Part shown: in pieces, positions 1-10,921 of the stretch
Position numbering within the stretch: the stretch's first letter is position 1
How the letters are laid out: each line of letters opens with the position of its first letter
Source of the DNA: an uncultured bacterium
GTDB lineage: Bacteria > Chloroflexota > UBA5177 > JANWHV01
Assembly (NCBI GenBank): GCA_963827235.1
Contig: CAWHAE010000008.1
Coordinates: forward strand, 320,001-384,000
DNA: 64,000 nucleotides
Direction of reading: 5' to 3'
Position numbers and translations under genes: made by a program
The notes under the pieces: generated by a model
Databases searched by the model: none
What the model saw: only the letters and a program-made list of their open reading frames with translations
What the model was told of the DNA's origin: nothing

Positions 1-3000
1 GAACTGGGATGCATTTGAGAGACTACCCGGAGACGTCGCCTCCAACTTCGAGATGCTGTGCCGGATGCTGGTCTTTCTTCACTTCGGCCGCTACGGCGTC
101 TTCGGCGCGCTAGCTCAACAGCCTGGTGTCGAATTTCACTTGAAGCTCGACATGCCGTGTTCTCTTGGAGATCGGGGTCGGTGGTATGGCTGGCAGTGCC
201 GCTGGTGGGATCTCGGGAGCGGTGAGAAGATCGGCACTGCACGTCGGACGAAAATCGAGGATGCAATACATACGACAGAGCGAGTGCTCCCTGATCTGAC
301 GGACTGGGTACTCTGGACACGCCGGCCTCTGACACCGAGCGATCAGACGTGGTTCCAGCAAATAGAGACGCATATGCGCTTACGGCAGTGGACGGCTGTG
401 GAGGCAGAAGGCTACCTCGACGGGCCTGCAACAATGCTGCGAGGAAGCTATTTCGGCGAACTCGTGCTCACTCCGGAGGCACTGGCCGACCTGATAGGCG
501 CGCCGTTGCCCCGATCAAGCTGCAGTGGCAGCCCGAAGTGCACCAAGTTGTCGAGGCTGAGCGCACTCTACGTCGCATGCTGGGCGGCGCCGATCCGTGG
601 GATGCGTTGGACGTACAAGCGAATCAGCTCAACGCTGATACCGACGCAGTTGCCGCAGATCTGCAAGGCGTGACAGCCAACCTCAAATCGACGACAAATG
701 AGCTAATTGGCCTGGGCCGATCCATGGCGAGTGTCCTAATCGACGTTCGCGCTGCCCTAGACCAAGGCGACCTCGACGCACTGCAACGTCGGCTCATCGA
801 ACGTCCTGCGGCGATGAGCTCGAACGTTGCACAGGTCCCGCGCCGGCTTCGCACTTGCCGTCAGCCTGCTGGCCTTGCGGCTACTAATGTGTTGGCTGAC
901 ATCAGACTTGCCCGAGAGCTCTTGGGTGAAGTGGACTCCTGCTTGAGCACACGACTGGTTGCCGTAGTGGCTGATGCTGGTTGCGGCAAGACTCAGCTTG
1001 CCGCCGAAGTCACTCAGCCCTCCACCACTCGCCCTGCTGCGATCCTGCTTCACGGCAAGGACTTGAATTCCGGCCAAACACTCAAGAATATCGCGGCTAG
1101 CGTAATCATCCAGGGGGTCCCAGTTCCGAGCATGGAGGCTCTAGTCGCCGCAGTCGATGCAGCTGGACGGCGAGCAAAGAGGCGCCTGCCTATCGTCATC
1201 GATGGGCTTAACGAAGCAGAGGACCCGCGGGATTGGAAGAGTGAACTTGCCTCTCTCACCGAGACCCTAGACCACTACCCATACGTACTCGTTGTGTGCA
1301 CACTGCGAGATTCGTTCTCCAACGAGGCGCTACCGGCAGATGTCCGACGACTTGAGATCCCCAGCTTTGGCCTCGATACCCTGGAGGCCGTCCGCCGCTA
1401 CTTCAAGTACTACCGCATCAATCCGGCGGACGCGGAACTCCCCTGGGAGTATCTTGAGCACCCTCTCACATTACGCATATTCTGCGAAGTCACGAATCCG
1501 TCCCGCGACCGCGTCGTGGGGGTTGAGCATATGCCGGGCTCGCTCACTGCACTCTTTGACCGATACCTCGGCCAGGCATCGCAGCGCATTGCTGGGCTGG
1601 CGCCTCGCGTTCAGCGCTATTACGAGCAGGATGTGCGTAGAGCGCTCAATCAAATCGGAGCAGCCCTATGGGAGGCGAGAGCACAGAGCCTGGACTTCAC
1701 GACACTCAGGCGTCAGCTGGACGACCAAGGACGTCCCTGGGACCAGAGTCTCGTTCGCGCATTGGAGCAGGAAGGGATACTGCATCGTGAAGCGGGCGAG
1801 CTGCCCGGTCACGAAAGGGAGTCGGTGCTATACGCCGCGCTCGCCGGGCACATCATCGCCGACTCAATGCTCTCTACGCACGGCCACCGGGGACTCGAGG
1901 CCTTGTTGAGAGATCCGGCAAGCGTGGGCGCATTTACCGGTACTCCGTCCGATCGGCATCCGCTCGCAACAGACATCTTGCGTGGGCTTGTCGGCCTTGT
2001 CCCTCGCCGCATTCTAGGACAGCAGTTGTGGCGGCTGCTTGATGAGCCGCTTCGCAGCGAGGCAATACGCGAAGCAGTCAATCTGGAGAGCAGCTTCCTT
2101 GATGCCGCAACTGTTGACGAGCTACGAGCCCTAGCCGTGCAACCATCTTCCGGGCGTGGCGACATCTTCAACCGTCTGGCACATATGCGCGCAGCGAATC
2201 GACACCCGCTCAATGTTGACTTCCTCGACGATGTGCTCCGTCCGATGCAGGTAGCGGACCGCGATCTTCGTTGGACTGAATGGATTCGTCGCAACAGCGA
2301 CTGGGTACTCGCGGATCTGCGTTGGCAAGAGTCCCGCTGGCGCTCTGACTCCAAGCGCACGCGCGCCGACTTATGTCGCGCTCGGTGGATCATGTGGACG
2401 CTCACGAGCACTCATCACCTTCTGAGAGACCAAGCGACGCGCACCCTTTACTGGTTCGGCCGCCCCGATCCCAGGGTACTGTTCGACCTAAGTCTGAACG
2501 CGCTGGCCATCAACGATCCTTATGTTCCTGAACGCGTGCTAGCTGCAAGCTACGGTGTCGCGATGGCGCGTCAGTACGACACAGACGAATCAGGCACCGT
2601 TATCGATGCCCTAGAGGATGAAGCGCAAGCACTCTACCAAGGGATGTTCTCGCCCGGCGCCGCATACGCAACGACGCACTGGATAAGCCGCAACTACGCG
2701 CGAAGGATCATCGAGATCGCGACACGCGTGCGCCCAGACGCGATACCGGGCGAGCAGCTGGAGCGCACGAGGCCGCCATATCAGGAGGGTGGCATCCGCA
2801 ATTGGGGTCAGAGTGATGACAGGAATGAAGGTGAATACCGCAACGGCAACCCGCCTATTGACATGCTCGACGACGACCCAATGGGGCTACTTGGACCAGG
2901 CATCACCAAATATCAATGGGACGCGCCAGAGTACAAGCACGCCAAGGCGAACCTTTTGTGGCGCATCTATGATCTCGGCTACTCTTTAGAGCGATTTGGC

Positions 3001-4215
3001 TCTATCGATAGTGTGCTGGCGGGAGAAAGACCATGGCCAGGCCGACATGCGGAGAGCGGCCACATGGATGGCTACGGCCGGAAATATTGCAGGATCGCGA
3101 CGTGCGAGTTGGCAGGCTATCGCGATGACCTGGACTTGCTGCGTAGCGAATGGGAGACGAGATCTGAAAACTGGCACTTTGTGGATGTGGACCCCAGTTT
3201 TCCGGAAGAGCCGACGCGGCTTCAGCTGGTTCTCGGCGACGTCCTTGGAGATCGTGAGACTCAGCTAGGCGAGTGGATCGTGGGCGGACCAGATCTGACG
3301 TTCGAGGACCTATGCGAAGCCGACCAAATCGGTGAGACACGTGGGCCCTGGGTACTCCTCGACGGTTACATATCGCAGTACGACCGACGCAGCAAACGGC
3401 AGATGTTCATGTTCTTGCGAGGAATTCTCGTGGCTGGGCCCAACCCAGAGATGATCCGCAGCATCGTCGCCGATGGGAGGCGGATCGACGGGGGGCATCT
3501 CGATCCACCCTCTACCTACTACACGTACGCCGGAGAGATCCCGTGGTGCGAGACCTACCCGCCCAATGAACCGTGCTCAAGTTCGATCTTTGATGACCAG
3601 TCCGCTGCGAACATGCCGGCTGTAGAGCAGGTCGCGACCATCCTGTACGAGGAAGACCCGTCGGATTTGCAACTAGCCGAAGATGCCACTCCAGAGGTCT
3701 CCGTTGATCAGCTTGAGCAGGAGCTGTCAGTCAGTCAGTGCATGAGCTTCGAGCCTGTTGAGGACGCATCGGGCGTGGGCCGCAAAGAACACGGCGCGCC
3801 AACCTTCGCAGATGTGACTGTTGCAGTGACGAGGCATGGCTGGGAAAGCTATCACAGCCCGCTGAACCCTGGCTCCAGTGCTCACCTGCCTGCACGACAG
3901 CTATGCGATGCGCTTAGTCTCACCAGTCGTCCGCAGACGTTTGACTTATTCGATCCGGCAGGTCACCGGGCCTCGATGTCCTTCGGTTCCGGCGAACACT
4001 ACGCTAACCGGCAAGACTTCACCTTTATCCGAAGGGATCTACTCGATCAGTTCCTCGCAGTGAGTAGCCAGCACTTCGTCTGGGCAATCTATGGCGAGCG
4101 AGGAGCCTTCGGATCCGATGCTGACACAAGGAAGATGCTCGGGGACGGTCCTGCTTACGCTCGCTTCGACAGTATTCGTCTGTATGACCCTGATCGTACG
4201 TCTCACATCGTGTGA
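1..4215 (+). CDS. Avs/AVAST-like STAND NTPase with N-terminal Mrr-like nuclease domain (5' end just outside window; one frameshift at about 494)
   Basis: Frame 2 is open from base 2: NWDAF...NFEMLC...QQPGVEF...GWQCRWW, resembling the Avs4-type N-terminus. Restoring one C at 493/494 (ctg[c]at agg) joins it to ORF 349..4215, which has Walker A ADAGCGKT, Walker B IVIDGLNE, and C-terminal LRDQATRTL and NDPYVPERV motifs typical of this STAND group. Confidence 0.75.
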
Positions 4216-4361
4216 TATGGCCATCACGAGTTAGAGCACCTGTCGGGCTCAACGACAAGCCTGTATACCTTCACGCACGGCCCTGGCGATCCGCGCAACT
4301 TACGATGAGCACTTCTGCGCTGTTCTCCATCGCGCCATCTCGGGATGTCCGACACAACTGT

Positions 4362-4492
4362 CATCGCACAAACATCGCAAAAGATGGCCCCAATCAGCCA
4401 CATACGGAGAGCCTGCGTCAGCATTTTACGCTTGAGTACTCTGAGAGGGCCAGAGGAGATTCGACACCAAGACCTGCTGAACACTCTTCAGA
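4362..4492 (-). repeat. Degenerate direct-repeat copy of the tRNA-Ala 3' part plus its downstream arm (att-like relic)
   Basis: 4450-4492 matches 6353-6395 at 33/43 without gaps. CATTTTACGCT is identical at 4422 and 6327. 4362-4387 matches 6267-6291 at 20/26. Confidence 0.8.
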
Positions 4493-4515
4493 TGGCTTCC
4501 TCTGTCCGCAGGCTT

Positions 4516-4872
4516 CTACGCGACTACGGCCGCATGGGTGAGCTGGAAGCGATGCTGTCCCTCTTCGTCCGGCAGTTGTGTCAGCTCGAAGCTAGGGGGC
4601 TTGCGTATTTGCCAGGTGCGATACCCTTGCTCGATCAGCCATAGCCCGATCTGTTTCTGAATGAGATGCACACAGGTTGCAGGGCCGCGCTCCGAGTCCC
4701 AGAAGCTATCCTTGTCTATCCTCGCTTTGGCCCACTGATCCGTGTTGCCTAATCGCACATACACGAAGCCCCATTCTCGCTCGAAGACTCCGCGATCCTC
4801 GATCCGTATGTCGATGCCAAAGCCGTTCCCATCGGACCGGTGCTGGCCATTATTCCACGCTTCCACTTTCAC
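4516..4872 (-). CDS. Small hypothetical protein, Trp-rich
   Basis: GGAGGT RBS before a GTG start (MKVEAWNNG...); globular composition; co-oriented downstream of the PIN gene. Confidence 0.7.
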   Translation of the reverse strand: MKVEAWNNGQHRSDGNGFGIDIRIEDRGVFEREWGFVYVRLGNTDQWAKARIDKDSFWDSERGPATCVHLIQKQIGLWLIEQGYRTWQIRKPPSFELTQLPDEEGQHRFQLTHAAVVA

Positions 4873-4977
4873 CCTGTCACCTCCGTTCATCCGTTGTTCG
4901 TGAAATCGAGACTGCGGTCACGCTGGCGCAGCAGCTCCTCACTCGAGGAACCCGCGCTCTCCTGAACCGTGATGGGA

Positions 4978-5921
4978 TTACTGGTCCGCAGAGATCTGCC
5001 TAACTCTACCAAGCTGCCACCGCGAGGTCCCGACGCGAACAAAGCCGGGATACTCTGCCAGTATAGAGCGGATGTAGCTCACGACTGCACGCTGCACCCG
5101 CTCGGCCCCCTTCAGTGCGCGAGCAATGTCCGTGGCCGTGCACGGCTCCGGCGCTGCGGCGACGTACCGTGCAATGCGCTGAAGGTCCGTCAGGTGCTCC
5201 CCCGTCTGAACCGTGCTCTCCATCAGCATTTGCCGGGCCTTGTAGGTATTCAGCAGATGGTCGCTTATGGCCGAAAGAACGAGCTCACGTCCATCCGCTG
5301 ATCGCATCCAGAACTCGCGCAGCCTGCCGGTCCTGAGGCCGTAGATCGCGAGCCCGACACCGAGCCCGCTCGCGACAACAAGAGCAGGGCGAGCTCGCCG
5401 GTCAGTCAGCGCACTCTTCGCGATCGCACCGATGCCTGCAATGCCCCATGTGCTGCCGACCGGCAGCTGATCAGCTTCCGCCACGGTCCGGCCAGCTCGC
5501 GTGAGCGGCAGCCACTCCCTCGTCGTTAGGCCGGGATCGACCAAGTGACCATCTTCCGAAAGCGATATGGGCCCGAGAAGAAGAACAAGTGCGGCCGTGG
5601 CGGCATCATCTGGGTCGCGTGCCACCACCTGCTGCACACGACTGTCGTCGGGCAGTTCCGCCGGCATCGTCACATACAAGATGGCCGGCAAATACTCGCT
5701 GACCCAGCGCTGGTATGCGATCGCAGGATCCACCTTCGCCTTACGAGCTCGACGGGCCATGTGTTCTGGGACTTCGTCAAACACATGGGCCGACGCGTAA
5801 TAGCGACAGGATCCGACTCGAGCGCTTGCTACCAAAGCACCTGGGCGCCCACGGCGAACGGCGGACATCAGGTCATTCAAGAGGACATTGAGTCGACCAC
5901 ATACGGGTGAATCGACAGCAT
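4978..5921 (-). CDS. PIN-domain protein with hydrophobic hairpin and C-terminal winged helix (frameshift at about 5892)
   Basis: ATG at 5921 gives MLSIHPYVVD; restoring one base gives the PIN motif VVD-S-NVLL, then HVFDEV, RDPDDA, LSEDGHL. C-terminus PCTATDIARAL...VRSILAEYPGFVRVGTSRWQLG is wHTH-like. Confidence 0.7.
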
Positions 5922-6221
5922 GCCTCTGCTCTTCCCGAAGGTGGGGTTCGCGCGCCGAAAGCTGCTCACCAATGAGTGATTCGCCACGTCATTGCTGCCC
6001 TGCTCCTGTCCATCTGAGAGGCTCCGCATGTGGTCATGGAGCGAAGCCGGACGCTTGCCCTCCAAAGCCTTCAAATATGCCCAGGCACACCGTCGAGCGG
6101 GCTCCATGCGATGGAGTTCGCCGCAGGGCAGTTCTACCCACTTGCGTCGGTCTTTGTGGCCCAGGCGCGATATTCAGCCACGCGTCGCTCCCACCATAGC
6201 GCGGCCGCGTCGCCTCACCGG

Positions 6222-6230
6222 ATAGTATCA
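6222..6230 (-). promoter_or_regulatory. Extended -10 promoter element facing the PIN gene
   Basis: TGaTACTAT on the minus strand. Confidence 0.35.
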
Positions 6231-6283
6231 CCCTGGCGCGGCACGTCCGATGGGGACCAAATACGCCATGGCAAAAATACCAC

Positions 6284-6332
6284 AAAAATGGCGCCGGTCC
6301 GGACTCTTCAGTCACCAAACCGACGCCATTTT
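6284..6332 (-). terminator. Intrinsic terminator-like hairpin downstream of tRNA-Ala
   Basis: AAAATGGCGTCGGT / ACCGGCGCCATTTT, a 14-bp stem with one G-U pair, ending in a T-run on the minus strand. Confidence 0.6.
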
Positions 6333-6345
6333 ACGCTCAAAACGC

Positions 6346-6421
<76 letters not shown>

Positions 6422-6440
6422 GAGACTCCGATGCCGTGCC

Positions 6441-6719
6441 TTACTGGGGCACTGCCTCGACTGCGGCAGCCTCGCGAACGCTCACGCGCTGGCGATTGTT
6501 TACCTGCCGTTCAAAGACTACCTCACCGTCGACCAAAGAGTAAAGGGTGAAGTCCCTTCCCATGCCGACGTTTACACCCGGCTTGAACTTGGCGCCGCGC
6601 TGGCGAATGATAATATTGCCGCTGATCACCTGCTCGCCGCCGTACCGCTTCACCCCGAGGCGCTTCGATTCGCTATCGCGCCCGTTGCGGGAGCTGCCAA
6701 CTCCCTTCTTGTGCGCCAT
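6441..6719 (-). CDS. rpmA: 50S ribosomal protein L27
   Basis: [24 protein letters not shown] signature. Confidence 0.98.
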   Translation of the reverse strand: MAHKKGVGSSRNGRDSESKRLGVKRYGGEQVISGNIIIRQRGAKFKPGVNVGMGRDFTLYSLVDGEVVFERQVNNRQRVSVREAAAVEAVPQ

Positions 6720-6805
6720 AATCCTACCTTCTCTCTCCTGCGCCGGCAGAGCCGACGACGACTTCGCATGTACCGCGCGGCGACTGCGGCGGGTACACGC
6801 GATCG

Positions 6806-7138
6806 TTACTCGGCGGCTACCGGGCTGCTCGACTGAATGGCGCTGACCAGCACGTGCGTCTGACTCTGCCGGTGACCGGTCTTGCGGCGATAGCGCACCT
6901 TCGGCTTGTACTTGAAGACGATGATCTTCGGGCCACGGTCCTGCCGCACCACCCGGCCGAGTACTTTCGCGCCTGCGACCGTCGGTGTGCCGACAGTGAT
7001 CTCACTGCCATCGCTGATCATCAAAACCTGATCGAACTCGACGTCCTGGCCCGTCGCAACATCCAGTTTCTCGACGGTCAAGGTCTGTCCGATCTCCGCC
7101 TTATATTGCTTTCCGCCCGTTACCAGTACTGCGTACAC
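6806..7138 (-). CDS. rplU: 50S ribosomal protein L21
   Basis: [13 protein letters not shown] ... GHRQ signature; upstream of rpmA. Confidence 0.98.
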   Translation of the reverse strand: MYAVLVTGGKQYKAEIGQTLTVEKLDVATGQDVEFDQVLMISDGSEITVGTPTVAGAKVLGRVVRQDRGPKIIVFKYKPKVRYRRKTGHRQSQTHVLVSAIQSSSPVAAE

Positions 7139-7193
7139 GGTATCCTCACCAATTGCGCGCCTCGCGGGCCCTTTTCGGGCGCCACAAGGACAG

Positions 7194-7223
7194 ACGATAT
7201 CAACTTCCGCGGTTGCTTGTCAA
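7194..7223 (-). promoter_or_regulatory. Sigma70-type promoter of rplU-rpmA
   Basis: TTGACA (7223-7218), 18-bp spacer, TATCGT. Confidence 0.55.
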
Positions 7224-7537
7224 GGCGCGTCACCCACGCTTGCCATTCTCATCATAATCAGCACGGCGACCCGGGATACCGCTATACTCACGCCAAGGCC
7301 GGACTCGCACAGGCGTACGCACTTACACGGCTCGGTGGGCACCGAGGCTATGGGTAACAAGCCGGATGTGATGGTGTTGACTCGTCGCCGGTTGGCGGCG
7401 GCAGCTACGGGTGCCGAGCCGGTGCGGTTCTGGCCGAGTGGCCGGCCACAGGGCCCGGGGCCCGGTACCCGCGCCCGTCGTTGCGTCGACCGATCCGGGC
7501 AGCGCTATGCCTATGCTGGAGGCGGCACGACGAGCCA

Positions 7538-8419
7538 GTGATTACCTGCCTGGGCGACATCTTCCTCGACCTCCATCTCCGGCGCGTCGTGACGGCCGGC
7601 CCCAGACACACTGCCGAGCCCATGGCGGCCACGCCCGGTGGGGCGGCGGCGAACACGGCAGCCTGGCTCGCCCGGCTCGGCTCTGCCGCCGGGATCATCG
7701 GGTCAGTGGGAGCCGATCTGGTGGGAGCGGCGTTGAGCGCCGATCTGCGACGGCGCGGAGTGCGCACCGCCGTTTCTCGCGTGACCGGGATGGCAACCGG
7801 CATCTGCATGGTCATGCATGAACTGGATGGCGGCACCAGCGTGACGGCACGCAGGGGCGCGAACGACGTGCTACGCCTGGATGCGCGCCAGCGCAGGCTC
7901 GTGTTTTCCTCTTCATGGCTGCACATCTCCGCGTACGCCTTCTTCGCCGAGGAATCGAGAGCGCTGGTCGTGCGAGCCGCCGAGCTGGCGCGGTCGAACG
8001 GGGCACCGGTTTCTGTCGACCTCGGCGCGCCCCACCTGGTGCGGCACGTGGGACCGGCAGAGTACCTTCGGCTTCTGCAGGCCGTTCACCCGAGAGTGCT
8101 GTTTGCCAACGAGGCCGAGGCCGCTCTCCTGTCCGGTGCCGGCGACCCTGTCGACTCGATAGCTGCTCTGGCCGAGCTCGCCGTCCTCAAGCGCGGAGCC
8201 GCCGGCTGCATCGTGCACGACGGGCGATCGCGCACCGTGCTCGACGCGGTGCCGGCCGAGGAGGTCGACGCAACGGGCGCCGGAGATGCCTTTGCCGCCG
8301 GCACCATCTCTTGCCTGGCCGCTGGAGGTAGTCTGTTCGAAGCGGCGCGCGCGGGAGCGGCATTGGGCGCGGCATGCGTGATGGTGGTGGGCGGGTATCC
8401 GGCGGCCAGCCACGCGTGA
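7538..8419 (+). CDS. PfkB-family carbohydrate kinase
   Basis: GGAAANTA and DATGAGDAF PfkB signatures; probable GTG start at 7538. Confidence 0.9.
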   Translation: MITCLGDIFLDLHLRRVVTAGPRHTAEPMAATPGGAAANTAAWLARLGSAAGIIGSVGADLVGAALSADLRRRGVRTAVSRVTGMATGICMVMHELDGGTSVTARRGANDVLRLDARQRRLVFSSSWLHISAYAFFAEESRALVVRAAELARSNGAPVSVDLGAPHLVRHVGPAEYLRLLQAVHPRVLFANEAEAALLSGAGDPVDSIAALAELAVLKRGAAGCIVHDGRSRTVLDAVPAEEVDATGAGDAFAAGTISCLAAGGSLFEAARAGAALGAACVMVVGGYPAASHA

Positions 8420-8558
8420 CAGGTGACAGGCAGGGTCAGAGCGCGTAGCGGCATGAGGACGGCGCCGATGAATGCCGTACATTCACCAGGGAGGTCGCGG
8501 ACGAGCGCATCTCGCCTCGGCACGGACACCGGGACGCCGCGCTTCGCCGGCGCTCTGC

Positions 8559-9387
8559 TCAGACTGCAGGTACGAGGCCGGCTTGGCGCACGCGGTCCTG
8601 CAAGATGTCCACGATGGCATCGTCTACACAGAGCGTCCAGGCCAGGCAGAACTGGACAGATGGATGGGCACTCCGGCTGCGCTCCAGGGCCGGGATCACG
8701 TTCCGGGCCAGCACCTTGCCGGGAAAGTGCAGGTACGGTGCTAGGACGATGCGTGCCGCTCCCCGCTGGGCCAGCCGATCCGACGCCGCCTCGATCGTGC
8801 GCTCCGAATTCTCAGCCTGCGCGGTGGCGACGATCGCGTCGCCGCCGATCTCAGCACGCACCAGCTCTCCCAGCGCATTCAGCCGCTCCCCGCTGTCCCA
8901 TTGCAAGCGGCTGCCCCGGTTTACGAGCACGACGCCGAGCAGACCTCCGGCCCTGCGCCGTACCAAGCCATGCGCGGGAAGGTACTGGCTCGTGCCCAGC
9001 AGGGCGGCACTCACCCGCGCGGCAACCAGCCGGGCGAGCCGCGGGTCGAGTCCCAGATTCGGCAGCTGGCGTATGGACGACGGCAGGCAGCGCGGCTCGC
9101 AGGCGATCGATCTCACGCGGAATATCGCTCTGGATCTCCTTGCCGTCGAAAAGAAAGTACGGCAGGACGGCGATCTCGGCGGCTCCCTGCTCGACGGCGG
9201 ACTGCGCCGACTCCAGCAGCGTGGGCGACAGGAACTCGAAGAAGGCCGGACGGACAGCAGGTCCGTTGGGATATCGCGCCTGCAAGCGCCGCGCAACCTC
9301 TCGAATGCCTTCGTCGGTGGCCCTACCGCGCCTGCTGCCGTGTCCCAGGACCAGGATCGTCTGAGTAAAGACGCCGTCTCTGTCCAT
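8559..9387 (-). CDS. Two-domain sirohydrochlorin chelatase-like protein (CbiX/SirB; frameshift at about 9075)
   Basis: ILVLGHGSR, AFFEF, LPYFLF in domain 1; VVLVNRGS and APYLHFPG in domain 2, reached after a frame change. Confidence 0.75.
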
Positions 9388-9777
9388 ACCTCGAGTATAC
9401 CTGCCGGTAGCCGGATGTCCGATAGCTCGCGACGGCCACGCGTCTGAGCCTGTCGCGAACACACGGCGGTTATGAGCGGCTACGGGCCAGAGAAACGGGT
9501 TCGCCTCGCGGTGACGAATGTGCGCCTCACGCGGGCCGTGCGCGGAGGTGGTGCCCCGGGTGAATCAGTGCGCATTCCGCCTTAAGCCGGCCCGCCCCAG
9601 TCCTTGACGTTGCCCTACAGGCACCGTTCAGCCGCACGCTGCCGTCTCCATCATGCCGTGCCGCCCTACGGTTGCCGGCAGACCGGTCGATGCCTTGTCG
9701 CACCCCGCCGGGGAGCCGGTACGATGGTCTGTGGGCACAGTCACTGTCGCGTGTCACCGCATGAAGGGAGAAATGCC

Positions 9778-10230
9778 ATGCCTCTGCCTGAGAGCAAGGA
9801 AGCGATATTGGCCCTGGCAACTGACGGGTACAAGTCTCTCGATGCCCTAATGGTGACAATCGATGACAACCGGCTCGAGCAGCCGGGCTTATCGGGCGGC
9901 TGGAGCGCCAAGGACGTGCTGCTGCATCTGGCGTTCTGGCATTCTCACCTGCTGCGCATCCTTGACGACGAGGCGCCGCCCTTCGCGCTGCCGGGCGAGG
10001 ACGAAGAGACGGCGCTGAACCGCATCAATGACGAGGCATACAGGCAGTACCATGACGTGAACGCGTCGGAGGCGCGCCGCATCTACGCCGATTCGCGTGA
10101 CCGCGTGCTGGCGGATCTGCGGTCGCAGCCGGAGGACATGCTGTTACGGCATCTCGACGCCATCCGCTGGAATACCTGGGAGCACTGCGCGGAGCACGAA
10201 GCCGGGATCAGGATATGGCTGGCCGGCTGA
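9778..10230 (+). CDS. DinB/ClbS-DfsB-like four-helix bundle protein
   Basis: GWSAKDVLLHLAFW and C-terminal EHCAEH metal-binding His motifs. Confidence 0.8.
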   Translation: MPLPESKEAILALATDGYKSLDALMVTIDDNRLEQPGLSGGWSAKDVLLHLAFWHSHLLRILDDEAPPFALPGEDEETALNRINDEAYRQYHDVNASEARRIYADSRDRVLADLRSQPEDMLLRHLDAIRWNTWEHCAEHEAGIRIWLAG

Positions 10231-10321
10231 ACATGACGGACACACACGGGCTCAAGGTCGGGGCGTAGGTCTCCGGATGCGGCCGATCGACACAGATCGC
10301 CTGGGGAAGCAGCCGAAACGA

Positions 10322-10358
10322 CCACTCCCCTACCCGGACATCCCGGGTAGGGGAGTGG
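10322..10358. terminator. Perfect 16-bp hairpin between convergent genes
   Basis: CCACTCCCCTACCCGG-acatc-CCGGGTAGGGGAGTGG. Confidence 0.7.
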
Positions 10359-10379
10359 CACAGGGCTGGAGACTCGCAA

Positions 10380-10877
10380 TCAGGCGGCAGGCTCGCTCTG
10401 GATCAGGTATCCACCGGCAGCTATGGCGATGGAGACGATCAGGCCGATGTACGCGCCGATTGACGGTCCCGCGCTTACACCAGGACCGGTGGCGCTTGGC
10501 CCGTCGGTGACCATGAATAGGATGGTGCACACGAGGGCGATCACGCCGGCACCCATGAGCAAGCGGGCCTCGGTGAAGTTGGGCGGTAGCGACGCCAGTA
10601 TACCTTTCACCTGCACGCCCAACATCGGCAGCAGGACCCACGCGCCAGAGACGATGAACAGCAGTACGGCGAGGTAGCCCCAGCCGTGCCATCCGCTGTC
10701 GGAGCCACTGGCGGAGTAGACGCCGGCGGAAACGCTCACGGTGTACCAGTGTAGAAAGCTATCGATGAGCCCAACGACCCCGGCGATGAGGATTATCTTG
10801 CGGCCCATGCTCAGGGCGTTGAACATCTGTTGCGCTTGCTGGAGCTGCGGATTGGGACTGCTTGGATTACTGCTCAT
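10380..10877 (-). CDS. Membrane protein, about 4 TM helices
   Basis: GGAGGAG RBS; hydrophobic segments. Confidence 0.7.
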   Translation of the reverse strand: MSSNPSSPNPQLQQAQQMFNALSMGRKIILIAGVVGLIDSFLHWYTVSVSAGVYSASGSDSGWHGWGYLAVLLFIVSGAWVLLPMLGVQVKGILASLPPNFTEARLLMGAGVIALVCTILFMVTDGPSATGPGVSAGPSIGAYIGLIVSIAIAAGGYLIQSEPAA

Positions 10878-10921
10878 GCTCTCCTCCGTTGTCCTGTCCA
10901 CTCTTAGCGGCGTTACTACAG

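Larger units (their letters stand above)
4480..6345. mobile_element. About 1.9-kb integrase-less island/cassette at the tRNA-Ala 3' end
   Basis: Bounded by the intact tRNA-Ala and a degenerate direct-repeat copy 1903 bp away; carries two accessory genes and no recombinase. Confidence 0.55.

Noticed and set aside
4446-4521. Second functional tRNA gene
   Set aside because: The T-stem, D-arm and acceptor pairing are broken and there is no CCA; treated as an att relic.
4345-4644. 99-aa plus-strand ORF
   Set aside because: Overlaps the tRNA-derived repeat and the better-supported minus-strand gene; no motifs.
7335-7541. 68-aa ORF upstream of the PfkB kinase
   Set aside because: No recognisable motif or convincing start; could be a frameshifted small gene but cannot be supported.
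10290-10320. GGAAGCAGCC resembling SRP RNA domain IV
   Set aside because: Lacks the CAGG..GNRA..GGAAGCAG stem-loop geometry.
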